A stretch of DNA of 63,993 nucleotides, counting the filler, from Basidiobolus ranarum (lineage: Eukaryota), in the NCBI GenBank assembly GCA_040143965.1. It is 5 parts of 5 records of this genome, joined end to end, with 100 filler letters (N's around TTAATTAATTAA, not from the genome) between each part and the next. Parts side by side here need not be neighbours in the genome. Positions count along the whole stretch, not along the records: positions 1 to 13,011 come from JASJQH010000508.1; positions 13,112 to 26,104 come from JASJQH010000509.1; 3 more parts are not named here. One strand, given 5' to 3'. How positions within the stretch are numbered: the first letter of the stretch is position 1; each line of letters opens with the position of its first letter. The notes under the pieces were generated by a model. The model did not search any database. It was not told the DNA's origin and worked only from the letters and a program-made list of their open reading frames with translations. A program made the translations under genes and the position numbers. This document shows positions 1 to 13,785 of this stretch, in pieces.

Positions 1-213
1 AGTTTGGGGCTTCTAGCACAAGTTATCAAAATCTATATATCTTCAAACTTCTAAGTAAATTCCTTATGAGAATAATGGATAATATCTTAGTGAAATATAA
101 GATAACTAAGTACTAAGCTATATATGACTATATAGGTGTTTAGGCAATGCTAATTTCAACAATACTAAGTTATATATGACTATATAGGTGCTTAGATAAT
201 GCTAATTTCAACA
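1..213 (-). mobile_element. Partial Copia-type LTR (reverse orientation), cut by the window start, with its terminal ~52 bp duplicated in tandem
   Basis: Reverse complement begins TGTTGAAATTAGCATT..CTAA.CACCTATATAGTCATATATAG and aligns by eye with 33377ff and 34080ff. Units 111-161 and 163-213 are near-identical. Confidence 0.75.
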
Positions 214-632
214 GTTTATTCTCTTTCATATCCTCCAGTTCAAACTACCTGAAGTAAAGCTTATTTCAATCAAATAGTTTAGTTGTATATAATAATGATA
301 CTGAAGAACGCAACTCTAATGTAAAGAATCCACTGAAGTCAACTGATTGTTTGTTACAGAATAGCTTTGACCCTGCATCTTGTCAGGAGCGAATATCATG
401 CACAAATTCCACCATGAAGTAGTATCCATCATTTTCTCCTTTATTCGCTAATATATTTATTAATATAGCGCATATAATATTTATCCAGATCAATGGTTCA
501 GCTAGCTAAGTCAACAGGCCTAGTATCTCTGCTAGGAATAACTCTACCTCTAACCCATATTTTTCCAGCCACCAACTTTATTTTTTTTATCCAACTCATC
601 ACTATCATTCTCCCCTTACATTCCTAGAAACC

Positions 633-2846
633 ATGAACACAGGAACCAAAAATCCTCCGACCGAATTTTATAACTTTGCCCTTGCTGAGGGTGAACCTAT
701 TTATTGTCCTATATGTGAAAGCCCGATGCCCTCGCTATATCGCCTCAACCAACATCTAGACAGCGAGCACTCCAACGAGGATTCTACCCAGGCCATTCTC
801 GGATGGTTGAAAAACGCGCAAAAAAAAGTACTAAATCCGTTATCAAAAGCAGCAACCTTACCAAAAATCGCACGAAGTAAACTCACTGACTTGGAATTAA
901 ACGAACCTCAGTTTCAAGAGAATATAACACGAGACCATTGGCAAAGAGAAAAGAATAATGACTTCTGTAGTAATAGCAGTTGTGGTAAACCTTTGAATAT
1001 CAAAAATGGTAAAGAAAATTGTAGAAAGTAAGTGAAAACATATCTTTTTACACGTTAAACTATTCACAGAGACTAATTAAAACTTTAGATGTGGTAAATT
1101 ATTTTGCGATTTTCATACGCAGTATCAGATGAGGTTAAATACTTCAGCTCAACATGACCCTACCAGAGGGTATTGGTATCGAGTATGTGAAGGCTGTTAC
1201 GCTGATAGAGATGGTTATCTTGATAACGAAGGTATTTTTTTTTGAATAACTATCTTTGCGTCTATAAACTTATTGCTTCAAATGGTTATCGGAGCAGGTG
1301 CATGTCGCAATCGAACTGAACTATTTGTCAAGTTGAGAAACAAAACCGTCGATAAAGTTCTTTTAGAGAGCAATCGCCTAGAGAAACGATTAGACAAGGT
1401 AAAAAATTGACCGATAGCATATATATCTCATCTATTTTGTACGCCACCATTCTAAAATATTTGTAGCTTGCTAGGGCCCATAGCTCAGGTGCTCTATCGA
1501 CAGCTGGTTTCTTTAATTCGATACCTCGGATGAAACCTCAGCGTAAATGTAAGAATGACTTTTTTCTTCTCTGAAGAATTTGCATATTTATCCAAGGTGG
1601 ACATTTTTGAATTTTCTTTAGCATCCGAACAATCCATTGTGAAGTGGGAAGATGACAACTCCATCAAAGAGTGCCCATTCTGTGGGTATGTATCAGTTTT
1701 TTTCTTAATTTTATATCTCTGATTTAGAGGCTTACATCATATTCTAGTGTTGTATTTGGAAAGATTCGGAACAGACGACATCATTGTCGTCTTTGTGGTA
1801 GAGTTGTATGCGGTAACGAAAGCTGCTCTTCCAATGTTCCATTGACTGGCAATGCTGTTATGGGTATGTAAATATTGACTCAGTATTAGTAAAACTCAAT
1901 AGTTACTGAGATTTTTTCAGGATTTTATGGACAAAATAGACAAGCTGGAGAGGTTAAAGCCTGTCGGGATTGTCGTACCACCATCTCCAGGTACAGCTTG
2001 TGAACAAATACTTGATGTTTTTATTTGTTATTTCTAAATATCGCTATATTTTTCAGACGAAAGGAAAATACTGATGATTCGACTATCTCACCGATCATTG
2101 AATTATATCAAGTAAGCTAGTTAATTACATATCCTTATATGATAGCCGTCAACCAACATCTAGTGTAGGCCCTTTCAAAGCATCGCTCCATCATTGACCG
2201 CACTCTGCCAAAGTTCAACCAAATGATATCTATCCTAGGGTAAGGAATCGGTGTGATATCCGTAGTAAAATCCCTTGAAATCTAACGATCCTTATGCACT
2301 ACGGACTAATAGGAGTATCAGTGGCCTGACTGAATCACACATGGATTTTCAGAAAGCCGCCCAAATTCGTAAAAGGCTCCTAGATAGCTTTGCTCAATTT
2401 GATGGCATCAGGTGAATTCAGATATACTATGCAACTTTTGTATTCAAAATCATAAACTCATCGTCAATTTCATGAACAGCAAAAAGATCAATAATCTACC
2501 TTCAAACTCGCCATGGGAACGCCAGCTACAGAACAATATTCACCTAGCCGCTACCCATTATTTACAAACCTACATGTTCTCACTTACTTTGCTACCCAAA
2601 CTTTTTAAGAAAGACAATGATGACTCATCGATCACCACCACCACCTTCGGGGATTTACAGAATGAACCCAAATTCGAACAAAAGAAGGTGAAGAACTCGG
2701 AACTATTAGATGTCTTACAAGAGCAATACAGTCAAGGGCAAGGGTTCCTTCATCAAGCAACGAAACAACGGAGATTTGATGATGTGAAACTTTTAAAACA
2801 GAGCTTAAATGATCTAGCACAAGAAATGGAAAAACTTAGCACATAA
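633..2846 (+). CDS. PEP7: Pep7/Vac1/rabenosyn-5-like endosomal Rab effector (C2H2 finger, two FYVE-type zinc fingers, C-terminal Rab-binding helix); multi-exon
   Basis: CPIC..LNQHLDSEH C2H2. 'TRDHW..CSNSSC..NCRK|CGKLFCDFH..RVCEGC' spliced across intron 1028-1088. Second FYVE 'WEDD..CPFC..RRHHCRLCGRVVC..ACRDC'. C-terminal 'QRRFDDVKLLKQSLNDL'. Canonical GT-AG introns. Confidence 0.9.
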
Positions 2847-3201
2847 TATTTCCAAATCACCCCACCTACCCCACTCCTTTCCCGCAGCTTGCTCCCATAA
2901 CTTACTCTCAGATTATTGAATTTCAATTGTAATTTAATCATGTTTCTCGCACAACATCTCAGCTACCGTCCAATCACTGCTCTGTGTGGTTGGCCCTGTT
3001 GCATTCCTGTTATGCACCAACAAATGTATTATTAAAATCATCTTATTCCAAATCCATTCGAAATCCACTGCGATCATTTCATGCATATCTTAGACCAGGG
3101 TAATTGTTCAAATCTCACTTCCCTTGTATTACCATGAAATCTTTTTAAGGCACCTGAACATATGTTTGTTTCTTTCTCTTTATCATTTATCAAGGGTAAC
3201 C

Positions 3202-3627
3202 ATGGTACGTTAGTTCATCCATAATATTAGTATGCATCCATTCATCGACATGCAACAACGAATATCAACAATAAAAACCGACACTTCATTAACGATCATC
3301 ACTTTGTAGGCTAAGAAGGACGCCCCTGCTAAGCCCAGTTCGGGAGGAAAGAAAACTAAGAAGAAGTGGTCCAAGGGAAAGGTCAAGGATAAGGCCAACA
3401 ACTTGGTCGTATTCGACCAAGCCACTTTGGACAAATTGATGAAGGAAGCTCCTACCTACAAGCTCATCACTACCTCCGTTTTGGTTGATCGTCTTCGTAT
3501 CAACGGTTCTCTTGCTCGTGCCGCCATTAGAGAATTGACTGCCCAAGGTATGATCAACAAGGTCTCCACCCACGGTTCTCAACTCATCTATACTCGCGCT
3601 ACCCCCGCCGAGGAAGTTTCTGCTTAA
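3202..3627 (+). CDS. RPS25: 40S ribosomal protein S25 (eS25)
   Basis: ATG 3202-3204, intron 3205-3309, then [63 protein letters not shown]; stop at 3625-3627. Confidence 0.97.
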
Positions 3628-4781
3628 GGGACATGTTTTCTTTAGACTGAAAGCCATCCCATAATAAAATTTCATCCATTTATAAGAAACATAATATGCA
3701 CCCTTATATCTTTCTGTCTCATACTGTGTTGAAGTAGCAAATATTGGTAGTTGATATGTGCTATCATTTTCTCTTGCTAGTTTTGATATCACACCATATT
3801 ATTCGAAACAATGTATATGAATCAGTTTCCCTCTAAATCAGCCTATCTATAAACACCCAACTAAGACTAAATCTGAATCCATAAATTCCATCCAAGAAGT
3901 AATTGAACCACTTACAAACCTCAGTTCAATATCGATATATACCAGCATGAATTATCGATAATTTCCGATGAAAATCGGAAGAAATTATAACCTTATGCAA
4001 TAAAATATCGATAGATGAAAATTTCCCAGATTTCATGACTTGATTGGTCTAAGATAGTAATAAATGGGAGTGAGAATTGGATTTTGGGAATTACTAATAT
4101 TCCATTGAATACTAATTCTGCTTCCACCTTCTCAATAGATTTATAATGATTTCTTTTAGGATGTGGATTTTATATTACGCTGTAATGGCTTACTAACTTA
4201 ATTTTCATATTGGGAAATTTAATGCATTGATATGGTCATTTCAATAAACATGTCCAATCTACTTCATTCTCATGATTAGACGCCAATAGAATTCAATGCT
4301 AAATGGGTGATTTTCTTCTTTACAAAGCGAAGTAGTTTCGATCTGTTTATTGTGCATTAAGTCTGTGACCAGCATAGTCGAAGGTAGTAATGGTCTTCGA
4401 AAATAACGATAAAGATAGTGGTGCAAAGTAGGAATAATTGATTTCAAGGGGTCATAGAAGCCAGCCAGAAAACTTGCGCATCGATAATAAGGGGAGGGGG
4501 AGGGGTAAGTACTAACACTAGCGTTTAAGTTCCAAAAATGAGGGAAGAATGAATGTATAATCAGGGCCAAAAAAGAGCTAAACAATGTCGAAAAAAGTAA
4601 AAGCGAGTCTAATCTAACAATACTAATAAGAGAAATTATACAACCGATAATAAGTGAATAAAATAAATGAAATGAAATAGCAAAATGATATGGGAAGGTA
4701 AGGTTTGGTGGCCGGTATATATATAACATGCAGAAAGCAGATCTGAGAGTTCACAAAATATATGAAAAACAATAAAAGATA

Positions 4782-5681
4782 TTAAACATAGCCATAAGCA
4801 CAGGCTGGATGCAGCGAATAGTTGGGGTCATTTCCAGCGTATGGGTTTCCGTAGCCAGATGTGTAGTAGTTCGGGCTATAATTGGGGCTGCTGGTAGGTG
4901 TCGCAGGATGGGGGTACCAATGAATCATGGGAGGATAATGATAGCAACTATACATGTATTCCATATTAGCAAAAGAATTGATTGATGCCTCGAGTTGACG
5001 CTTCTCTCCCATTATCGGATTGTGCTTGGCACGTAAGCTTGCAAATCGACTGCTGCGGTTCGATTGTTGGCTAACTAATCGGATCAGATTTTGAAGCCAT
5101 TCTAAATATTCCTTTTCAGCGACATTCAGATTGTATTTTATGGCATCAAGAAACTCGAATTCCATCATGTTAAGCTCTGGTAACGGGATGCTTAGCAGTT
5201 CAGACCATGTTTTACTCGTATACGTTGAATCATCAAGAAATTTGGCTGCCAATACTATGGCAACCGCTAGGACATTTTCAGGGTTGGTGTTTAAAGGTGT
5301 CTTCAGAGTGGCACGTGATTTCCTTAGACGTTCAATGTATTTGAGAGCAATAAATGCAACAGAATTGGAGAGTTGAATGGCTTTCAGCATATTCCTTGTG
5401 TAGGCTTTGAACTTGCCAGGAACATCGGCCAAGATTACGGGTGTGGAAAAAGAAAAGCATGCCTCTCCAGTCCAGATCTGGACAGCCATTTGAGATACAA
5501 AGTCAGCGAAATCAGCAGCCATGTACTCATTTGTGGAGAAGGTTTGGTTCTTTGGATAGGAAGGATAGGAGTAGTAGGAAGCGGGGAAATATTGAATGGG
5601 AGCCTGCCCGTAATACGGCAGTTGAGAAGCCGAGTAATGAGACTGAAAATGCGAATGTTGGGGAGCTTGATACGTCAGCAT
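4782..5681 (-). CDS. Pho85-type cyclin (Pcl/Clg1-like) with Tyr/Pro-rich low-complexity termini; intronless
   Basis: Cyclin-box motif 'LKAIQLSNSVAFIALKYIERL..VAIVLAAKFLDDSTYTSKTWSELLSIPLPELNMMEFEFLDAIKYNL'. Confidence 0.88.
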   Translation of the reverse strand: MLTYQAPQHSHFQSHYSASQLPYYGQAPIQYFPASYYSYPSYPKNQTFSTNEYMAADFADFVSQMAVQIWTGEACFSFSTPVILADVPGKFKAYTRNMLKAIQLSNSVAFIALKYIERLRKSRATLKTPLNTNPENVLAVAIVLAAKFLDDSTYTSKTWSELLSIPLPELNMMEFEFLDAIKYNLNVAEKEYLEWLQNLIRLVSQQSNRSSRFASLRAKHNPIMGEKRQLEASINSFANMEYMYSCYHYPPMIHWYPHPATPTSSPNYSPNYYTSGYGNPYAGNDPNYSLHPACAYGYV

Positions 5682-7800
5682 GTTGAAGCAGTTGGGAAAA
5701 CGTCAAAGTAAGAAGGGAACGATATTTGTAATCTTTAAAAGAAAAGTTTAGCGAAGAAAGTAAGAAAACGATCTTTCAAAAAATTTGCAGAGTAAGGTCA
5801 GATCAGGTAATGAGCTCGAGACGAACTGACAAGACCTGATGGTACGAGGGTGTAACGGATTTATATATGACCATCTGGATGACTATCTGAACAGCATTTT
5901 CCCAAAACGAACATCACATATAATATATTATATATGATCGTGTCGAGTTCATCTTAACGATCCTTATTGTAATTTAAATCAGCTTATCACTGGATCCCTG
6001 GATCAAGTCCCAAGGTTTATTTCAATTCAATCAATCGAATGTGCAATGGAAATACTGGAAATTGGGGTGCCCGTAAGTTCGAACCTTTTGGAAAGAAAAG
6101 AGTTCCAGGTATCAAACTTGGATATGCCCAATTCCGCCAATCAGATTCGGGATGGATTCAGGATATTCCTATCAATGGAGGATTCAGAAATATATTGAGT
6201 ATTGACTGCGTTTTGCTGATTTATATTACCTTTAATAAACAAAAAGGAGAATATCGCTTCTGCTTGGACTAGCATTGTGTTAAGATATTCCCGCACTTCA
6301 TCTTACAATACGACGAAGAGGGCGTGGAGTGCTGGTTCAAACTGGCCATCTAAAAGGAGAAGGACTAGACTTCTGTGAAATCGATGGTTATCTAAGACAA
6401 AATCGACATTTAAATAAAAGACACTATCTTTACACCACAATTTCTATTTATTCTCACTCGAGTCATATCGAGAAGATATTCCCGTAAGAGTTGAAATCTC
6501 GGAACAAATTAGGTACAAAGGAAATGACTCAGTTTTAAGGATATTTGTAATATTATATTGCCTTTGGGGATGAAACTATCGACATATAGCAACCAATCAA
6601 ATGAGCTCTATAATACCGCAATCTGTCAGGAGTGATGAAGGCGCAATTTTTCATTGGAAAAAATATATCGAGAAGGGATATATAATTCACGAACTCACCT
6701 ACTAGGCCGGCCCGATGCTTACCCCAATTATGTCAGCTTACGCGTGATCAGTATGTAAATTTACCCTAACTACCACTAGCTTAATTTCTAGATCCTTATG
6801 ATTCACTGAGCGTGTCACGAAGATCCCAATCACACAGCCCACACTCACACACCCATTCTCACACCCACACGGTTTGGTCAACTCGAAATGATACCAGATA
6901 TATTCTATTACAGACCCCTCCAGGTAAAACGTGAGCGGGCTTGGTAGAAACATTGGGCCAACTCAATGACTAGCAAATGACTCATAGGGCTGGTTGCTGT
7001 GGATCAGCATAAATCAGTTGATGTAAAATCCCATTTTTTTACATCAAGAAAATCACTTTATTTTTAATCAAGAATTATATTATTATCAATTAATTATAAT
7101 CAACGAAACAAAATCGTATAAGGATAGCTTAACCCTATGAGTCTATATAATGACCAGCTTCAACCCTGTCAATGTCGCTGAACCCTTGCCGTTGTCATTA
7201 CTCTTGCCCCTGCCTCTAGTCCATCACTATGATACCGTCATGATACCACCATGCATTCAAGTTCTACCCAAGAGCAACTGCCAAATGATGTTAAAGTTCA
7301 TGTCCTTAGCCAACAGGAGGGGCTTATTCTTATAGGCTGGTATAGTGCGGTTGTGATGGTTGGTTGGTTGGATTAGTGGGTTGTCGTATAAAGCATTCAA
7401 AGCTTATTTACTGTATAAATGCATGCTGTCAACCAAGCCAAGAGAATATGCTATTTATATTCTATAAATATGACTATGTGAGTGAAGTATATATAATTTG
7501 CTCCTTCGACCAAGATCCGGATTCAGATTTACGGCAAACGCGCTGGGACTGGTAAATTCTATCGTCACATAAATATTAATTTTCTCGGTCCCGCCCAATC
7601 ATGGTTCTAAGATTTGGGTGGTTTCCATTACTTTAGAATCAATATGGGAAGCTTAAAAGGATGAGTTTGTTTATATGAGCATTCAGCCATCCAACCATCA
7701 CAACAGTTCACGTGTATATCGTTCAATTTCCAACCAGGCGCCTTAAGTTGACATCTTTCACCCATCCCTCTTGCATTTGACCTAAGCCTTATCAAATCTC

Positions 7801-8984
7801 ATGGCCAGTTTCGGCTCCTTTGACTATGTATGTCGTACACTCTCTCTTACATGGTGTCCATTAGTGGGTACCGATCAGAATATCCGCACCATTCCTCAAT
7901 GCTATTCACGTAATGTTGATTTTGGCGATTTCTTGGTATTTCAGCCGGGTATGTTTGTTCTTCACTTCCAATACAGCCCATATCCTTTCTAACGACTCCC
8001 TCTCATACTTAGGTGCGCTGTCGATGTACATTGTGGCGCTAATAATGGCCTCAGTGATGCTTCATCACATTCGAACCAAATATACCGCTGTTGGTAAGCG
8101 CCTCCACTGCCCTGGTATCATTCATATGCAATTATACTTTGAACGCTAACCCTTCCACAAGGTCGAAAGGAGATGGTAACATTCTTTTGGTTCTATATTA
8201 TCACAGTGATACTGGAGATGTTTTTAATCGTGGGGATAGTTCCCATTGACTCTTCAGTCTACAAGGTAAGTCGTACCATGTTTCTATTACTACTAAGCTT
8301 AAAGTTTATCCAATTGTCTTGAAACCAGTGGCTGACAGCGGCCCACATTGGAATGATATCAACCACGATATGGTGCTTGCTTCTGAATGGATTTGTTGGA
8401 TTCCAGTTCGCTGAAGATGGGACTCGATGGTCGTTATGGGTAGAGTAGTAGTGTAATCATCCCCACTAGTTGTCTCAAAGATTAAGCAGGTTCCATTTTA
8501 GACGATGCGTATCTCTTCTTTCATCGTATGGGTGTCTGTGTTTTTTATTGCAATACTAACATTCAACGACACTGGTTCAATTCTTTCTTCCAAAACCCCT
8601 GTTTTACTGTGGATCGTGTACTTCTTGTTCAACGGGGTTGGGGTTTTGATCTACTTTATCATGCAAGTAATTCTGGTCAAGACATTGTCTGACAAATGGC
8701 CATTGGGAGACATCATATTTGCTCTGATATCGTTTCTAGCCGGTCAAATATTGATGCTGGGATTCTCCACTAATGTCTGCTCTCTAGCAGCCCGTTACAT
8801 AGATGGGCTATTCTGTGCAATACTTCTAACGCTCTTTTCCATCATGATGGTTTACAAATATTGGGACTCCATTACTAGGGATGATCTCGAATATACTGTA
8901 GACTGTCTACCTAACAGATGGGAAATAAAAAAAGGAGATACCATTCGTGACGATAACCTAGAGATACGGTATCTCTGCCGCTAA
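7801..8984 (+). CDS. CHS7: Chitin synthase export chaperone Chs7, paralogue 1 (5 exons)
   Basis: [24 protein letters not shown]; '[14 protein letters not shown]'; '[16 protein letters not shown]'; '[23 protein letters not shown]'. Confidence 0.93.
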
Positions 8985-9552
8985 CCATAACATAACATGC
9001 CTGCCATAACCACTGTTTCAACCTACTGTAACATCTCTCCTAAGAATTCTCTTCTTTTCTCAGTAAATAACCCAAGAGTGTCAATCATAAAGTTAAACTT
9101 CTACATTGATTTTGGCTTAAATCACGTTCATCAAGTGGTGCGGAAACATATGTATCTCCTTATCTTGATATGTCGACGTTCCGTAGATATCCTGTTGTAT
9201 TTCTGAAGAGTTCCGCGATGAACAAAGGTGATATGGCAAGTGATGCATTGAGATGTACTCATTAGCAGATCTTCATCCAAAGTAATTGTGAGCCATGTAT
9301 TAATTGGAGCGCGCATACATTACATCACATCACTTTATTGAAGGGCTGTGTTTATGATTAAAATCTTGCTGATATTTCACTGTAGAGTGGTGCCTAGGCC
9401 ATTATCGTATATGTACCAACCCCCTCCTCTCTCATTCGATACCTTTTGCTTCTCTTGTTTTATTAATCCAAGGATTATTAAGTTTCATTCCATAGAAGTA
9501 TTCTACAACTTCTTTTCCTGCCTTTTAGTGGCTTTCATTCAAATTCATTGCC

Positions 9553-10725
9553 ATGAAATTTGTCAGCTTTGAGAGCGTATGTCGTCAAGTCCCGTTAATT
9601 CCATGTCCAGTTTTAGGAGTTAACGCTACAGGTTTACAACCAAACTGCTACTCACGTAGTATCGAAATATTTGGTGGCTTGATGTTTGAAACGGCAACAT
9701 GTATAGTTCATATTGTAGCTTTTGTTATGGTTAGCATCATGTTATACCATGTAAATGTTAAGTATACCGCAGTAGGCAAGTGATTTAAAGTTATCTCTAA
9801 AATGAACTTTTAGAGCATGTGTGAATTCCAAAACCTTCATAATACGTAACTAATGGTGACTCTTTAGGCAGAAGAGAAATGTCTATTTTTTTGTATTTTT
9901 ATTTAGTATCAGCGTTTTTAGAGGTGTTACTTATCTCGGGAGCAATCCCCACCGCATCTTCCGCGTACCCAGTAAGTAGTTCTCTAATTTTTTTCATATG
10001 ATCCCTTTGACTTAAATCAATCAAGTGGTTCGCAGCACTTCACACTGGCTTAATGTGCGCGACTACCTGGTCATTATTGCTGAATGGGTTTATTGGATTT
10101 CAATTTATAGAGGATGGAACAGCGTTGACTGTGTGGGTAAGTGTGCTACTTATTATATAGTGAAAGGAAACCACCGATTGAGCTCAACTCGATATAGGGT
10201 ATTCGCGGGTCTTCAGGAGTAATAGCCTTGATTACTTTCATCGTTTCAATAGGAACTTTTCACAATATCTCAGACGCCCTTAATCCAGATAAACCTACTG
10301 GTTTGTGGGTTCTCTATTTTGTATTAAATGGAGCTTGCATTTTGGTGTACTTCATTCTCCAAGTCATCCTGATATTCAGCTCTTTGGATAATCTATGGCC
10401 TTTAGGTAGGGAATAATTGATCAAAATCAAGAAAAGTTTATCTTACTGAAGCTATATGAATTCTATAGGAGATATTACCTTCGCACTTGCCTTCTTTCTT
10501 ATAGGACAACTTATTCAATCGATTTTTTCGGAACAAATATGTGAAATGGCCAAACATTACTTGGACGGGATGTTTTTTAGTGCATTATGTACACTATTGG
10601 GGGTTATGATGGTTTACAAATATTGGGATTCCATAACTAAGGAGGATCTAGAGTTTTCAGTTGGTGGTAGAATGATAAATTGGGAAGTGAAAGGCTCTTA
10701 TCCACAAAGCTCACTTGACTATTGA
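9553..10725 (+). CDS. CHS7: Chitin synthase export chaperone Chs7, paralogue 2 (5 exons, one GC-AG intron)
   Basis: MKFVSFESVC..CPVLG..PNCYSRSI; 'KYTAVG|RREM'; 'LLLNGFIGFQFIEDGT'; '[28 protein letters not shown]'. Confidence 0.93.
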
Positions 10726-11157
10726 GTTCGCAAACTAACAATGGAATCTATCACCCCCGAGATGGATTCGATTCGGGTTATTGGAGTTGGTTACTCTGTA
10801 AGCACATGTTGGCAGTAACACCAACTTTCAAATGATACTGGGTGTGAGGACGGGGACGAGTCAGGGTGTGTTTCGAGCGAACGAAAAAAAACCGACCCAG
10901 TGTGAAAATGAAAAGGGTCTCTATATTCACACACTCATACCCCACACCTGCCTCCCCTCCACATTGCTCTAGGTACTATAAGAGTAGTCGTACACGATGG
11001 ACAATAACACAAAGCAAAATAAATCATTTGGTAAATTCTGGAACAATTGTGACGTATGCGGCTTTACTTGAAACCTGAGATTTTACAACTGACGAAATCA
11101 TGGTTGGGGAAGTATGATTAGAGAAGAATTAAGGTGAGAATAAAAAGGGTTTCTTCA

Positions 11158-12383
<1,226 letters not shown>

Positions 12384-12781
12384 TTAAGAAACGTGATAAC
12401 GAAATTCCACTTGACTTATTTGATAATATAATACCGCCTGGTGTTATCGAATTTTTGATTACGTTGTACTTTCAAGTAAACCTCCCACCTCGATTGCGTA
12501 ATGGATGAATGATAATTCTTTTTCTAGATCTCATCCCATGGAATTAATCCACTTTTACTAAACAAACTTTCATTAAATTAAACAAAGTTGTCACCATCAA
12601 AGAAGGTGGGATGTTAGGGTTAGGGGTTGTTCAAGATTTTCGTATTCACCATGAAAAATTTGTCTTTCATATCACGTGCTTAAGAATTTTTTTTCCATCC
12701 ATTGATTTCTGTAGAGGGCAACTGAACATAAAGGGAACTGGTTACCGGAAGGAAGCTCTTTCTCACACCGTGGCGGCCTGA

Positions 12782-13011
<230 letters not shown>

Positions 13012-13111
13012 NNNNNNNNNNNNNNNNNNNNNNNNNNNNNNNNNNNNNNNNNNNNTTAATTAATTAANNNNNNNNNNNNNNNNNNNNNNNNNNNNNNNNN
13101 NNNNNNNNNNN
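13012..13111. other. Artificial contig linker
   Basis: N44-TTAATTAATTAA-N44 (stops in all six frames). Confidence 0.99.
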
Positions 13112-13785
13112 AAAATCAGGAACCGAAATCAAACTTTTGCTGAGAATCATATCCAAAATAGCATGCCTAGATAAATTACAGCCTTAACTTGTCTGTGATC
13201 TTTATTTGACTGAGAGTAAGTTATAATCTACTGTGGCTTGATTGAGATGTAGATGCTTCTATGGAGAAGATGTAGCATTTTGTTTGGGGGCTCGAAAATA
13301 CCCTCAGGCCTATTAGAACATTCTGTACAGGTAGAAAGCATTCAGAAACAAGTATCTACTACCAAGTGCTATAAGCTGCCTGTTAGACACAAGTAATTTC
13401 AATATAGTATTCCCATCTATTGGTGAACTCGATGAGCAGGAAACTATCCGGTTTAACCCAATACTGGTGCGATTTACTTCCAATGTACCTCAAATGGAAT
13501 ATTATTGTAACCTATCGGTTGGATAGCATATGTGAAACTGCTGGCAGTACAAAAGAAGGCACTCGATAGGTTATATACGGTCATGTATGAAATACCGAGT
13601 TTTATATTCGAATGAGTTGCTTTATTTATACAAGAGGGTGCTGGATTATGGTTAGGAATGTAACAATTAATTACAATTATGCTATGAGTATCTTGGGGCA
13701 GGTGGGAAAAAGTGCGCCTTCTTTTGTGAGGGTTTACTGGGTGTCATCTAATGTTGAACAATGGTGAGATCCCTCAGTTCCAATT

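Noticed and set aside
3289..3792. 167-aa minus-strand ORF
   Set aside because: Antisense shadow of codon-biased RPS25.
4259..4729. 156-aa hydrophobic ORF downstream of the cyclin
   Set aside because: Likely translation of a T-rich 3' UTR; no family motif.
12613..12626. TTAGGGTTAGGG telomere-like hexamers
   Set aside because: Only two units, inside a promoter; insufficient to call telomeric.
13056..13067. Repeated palindromic TTAATTAATTAA every ~13 kb
   Set aside because: Synthetic six-frame stop linker inside N runs, not a biological repeat.
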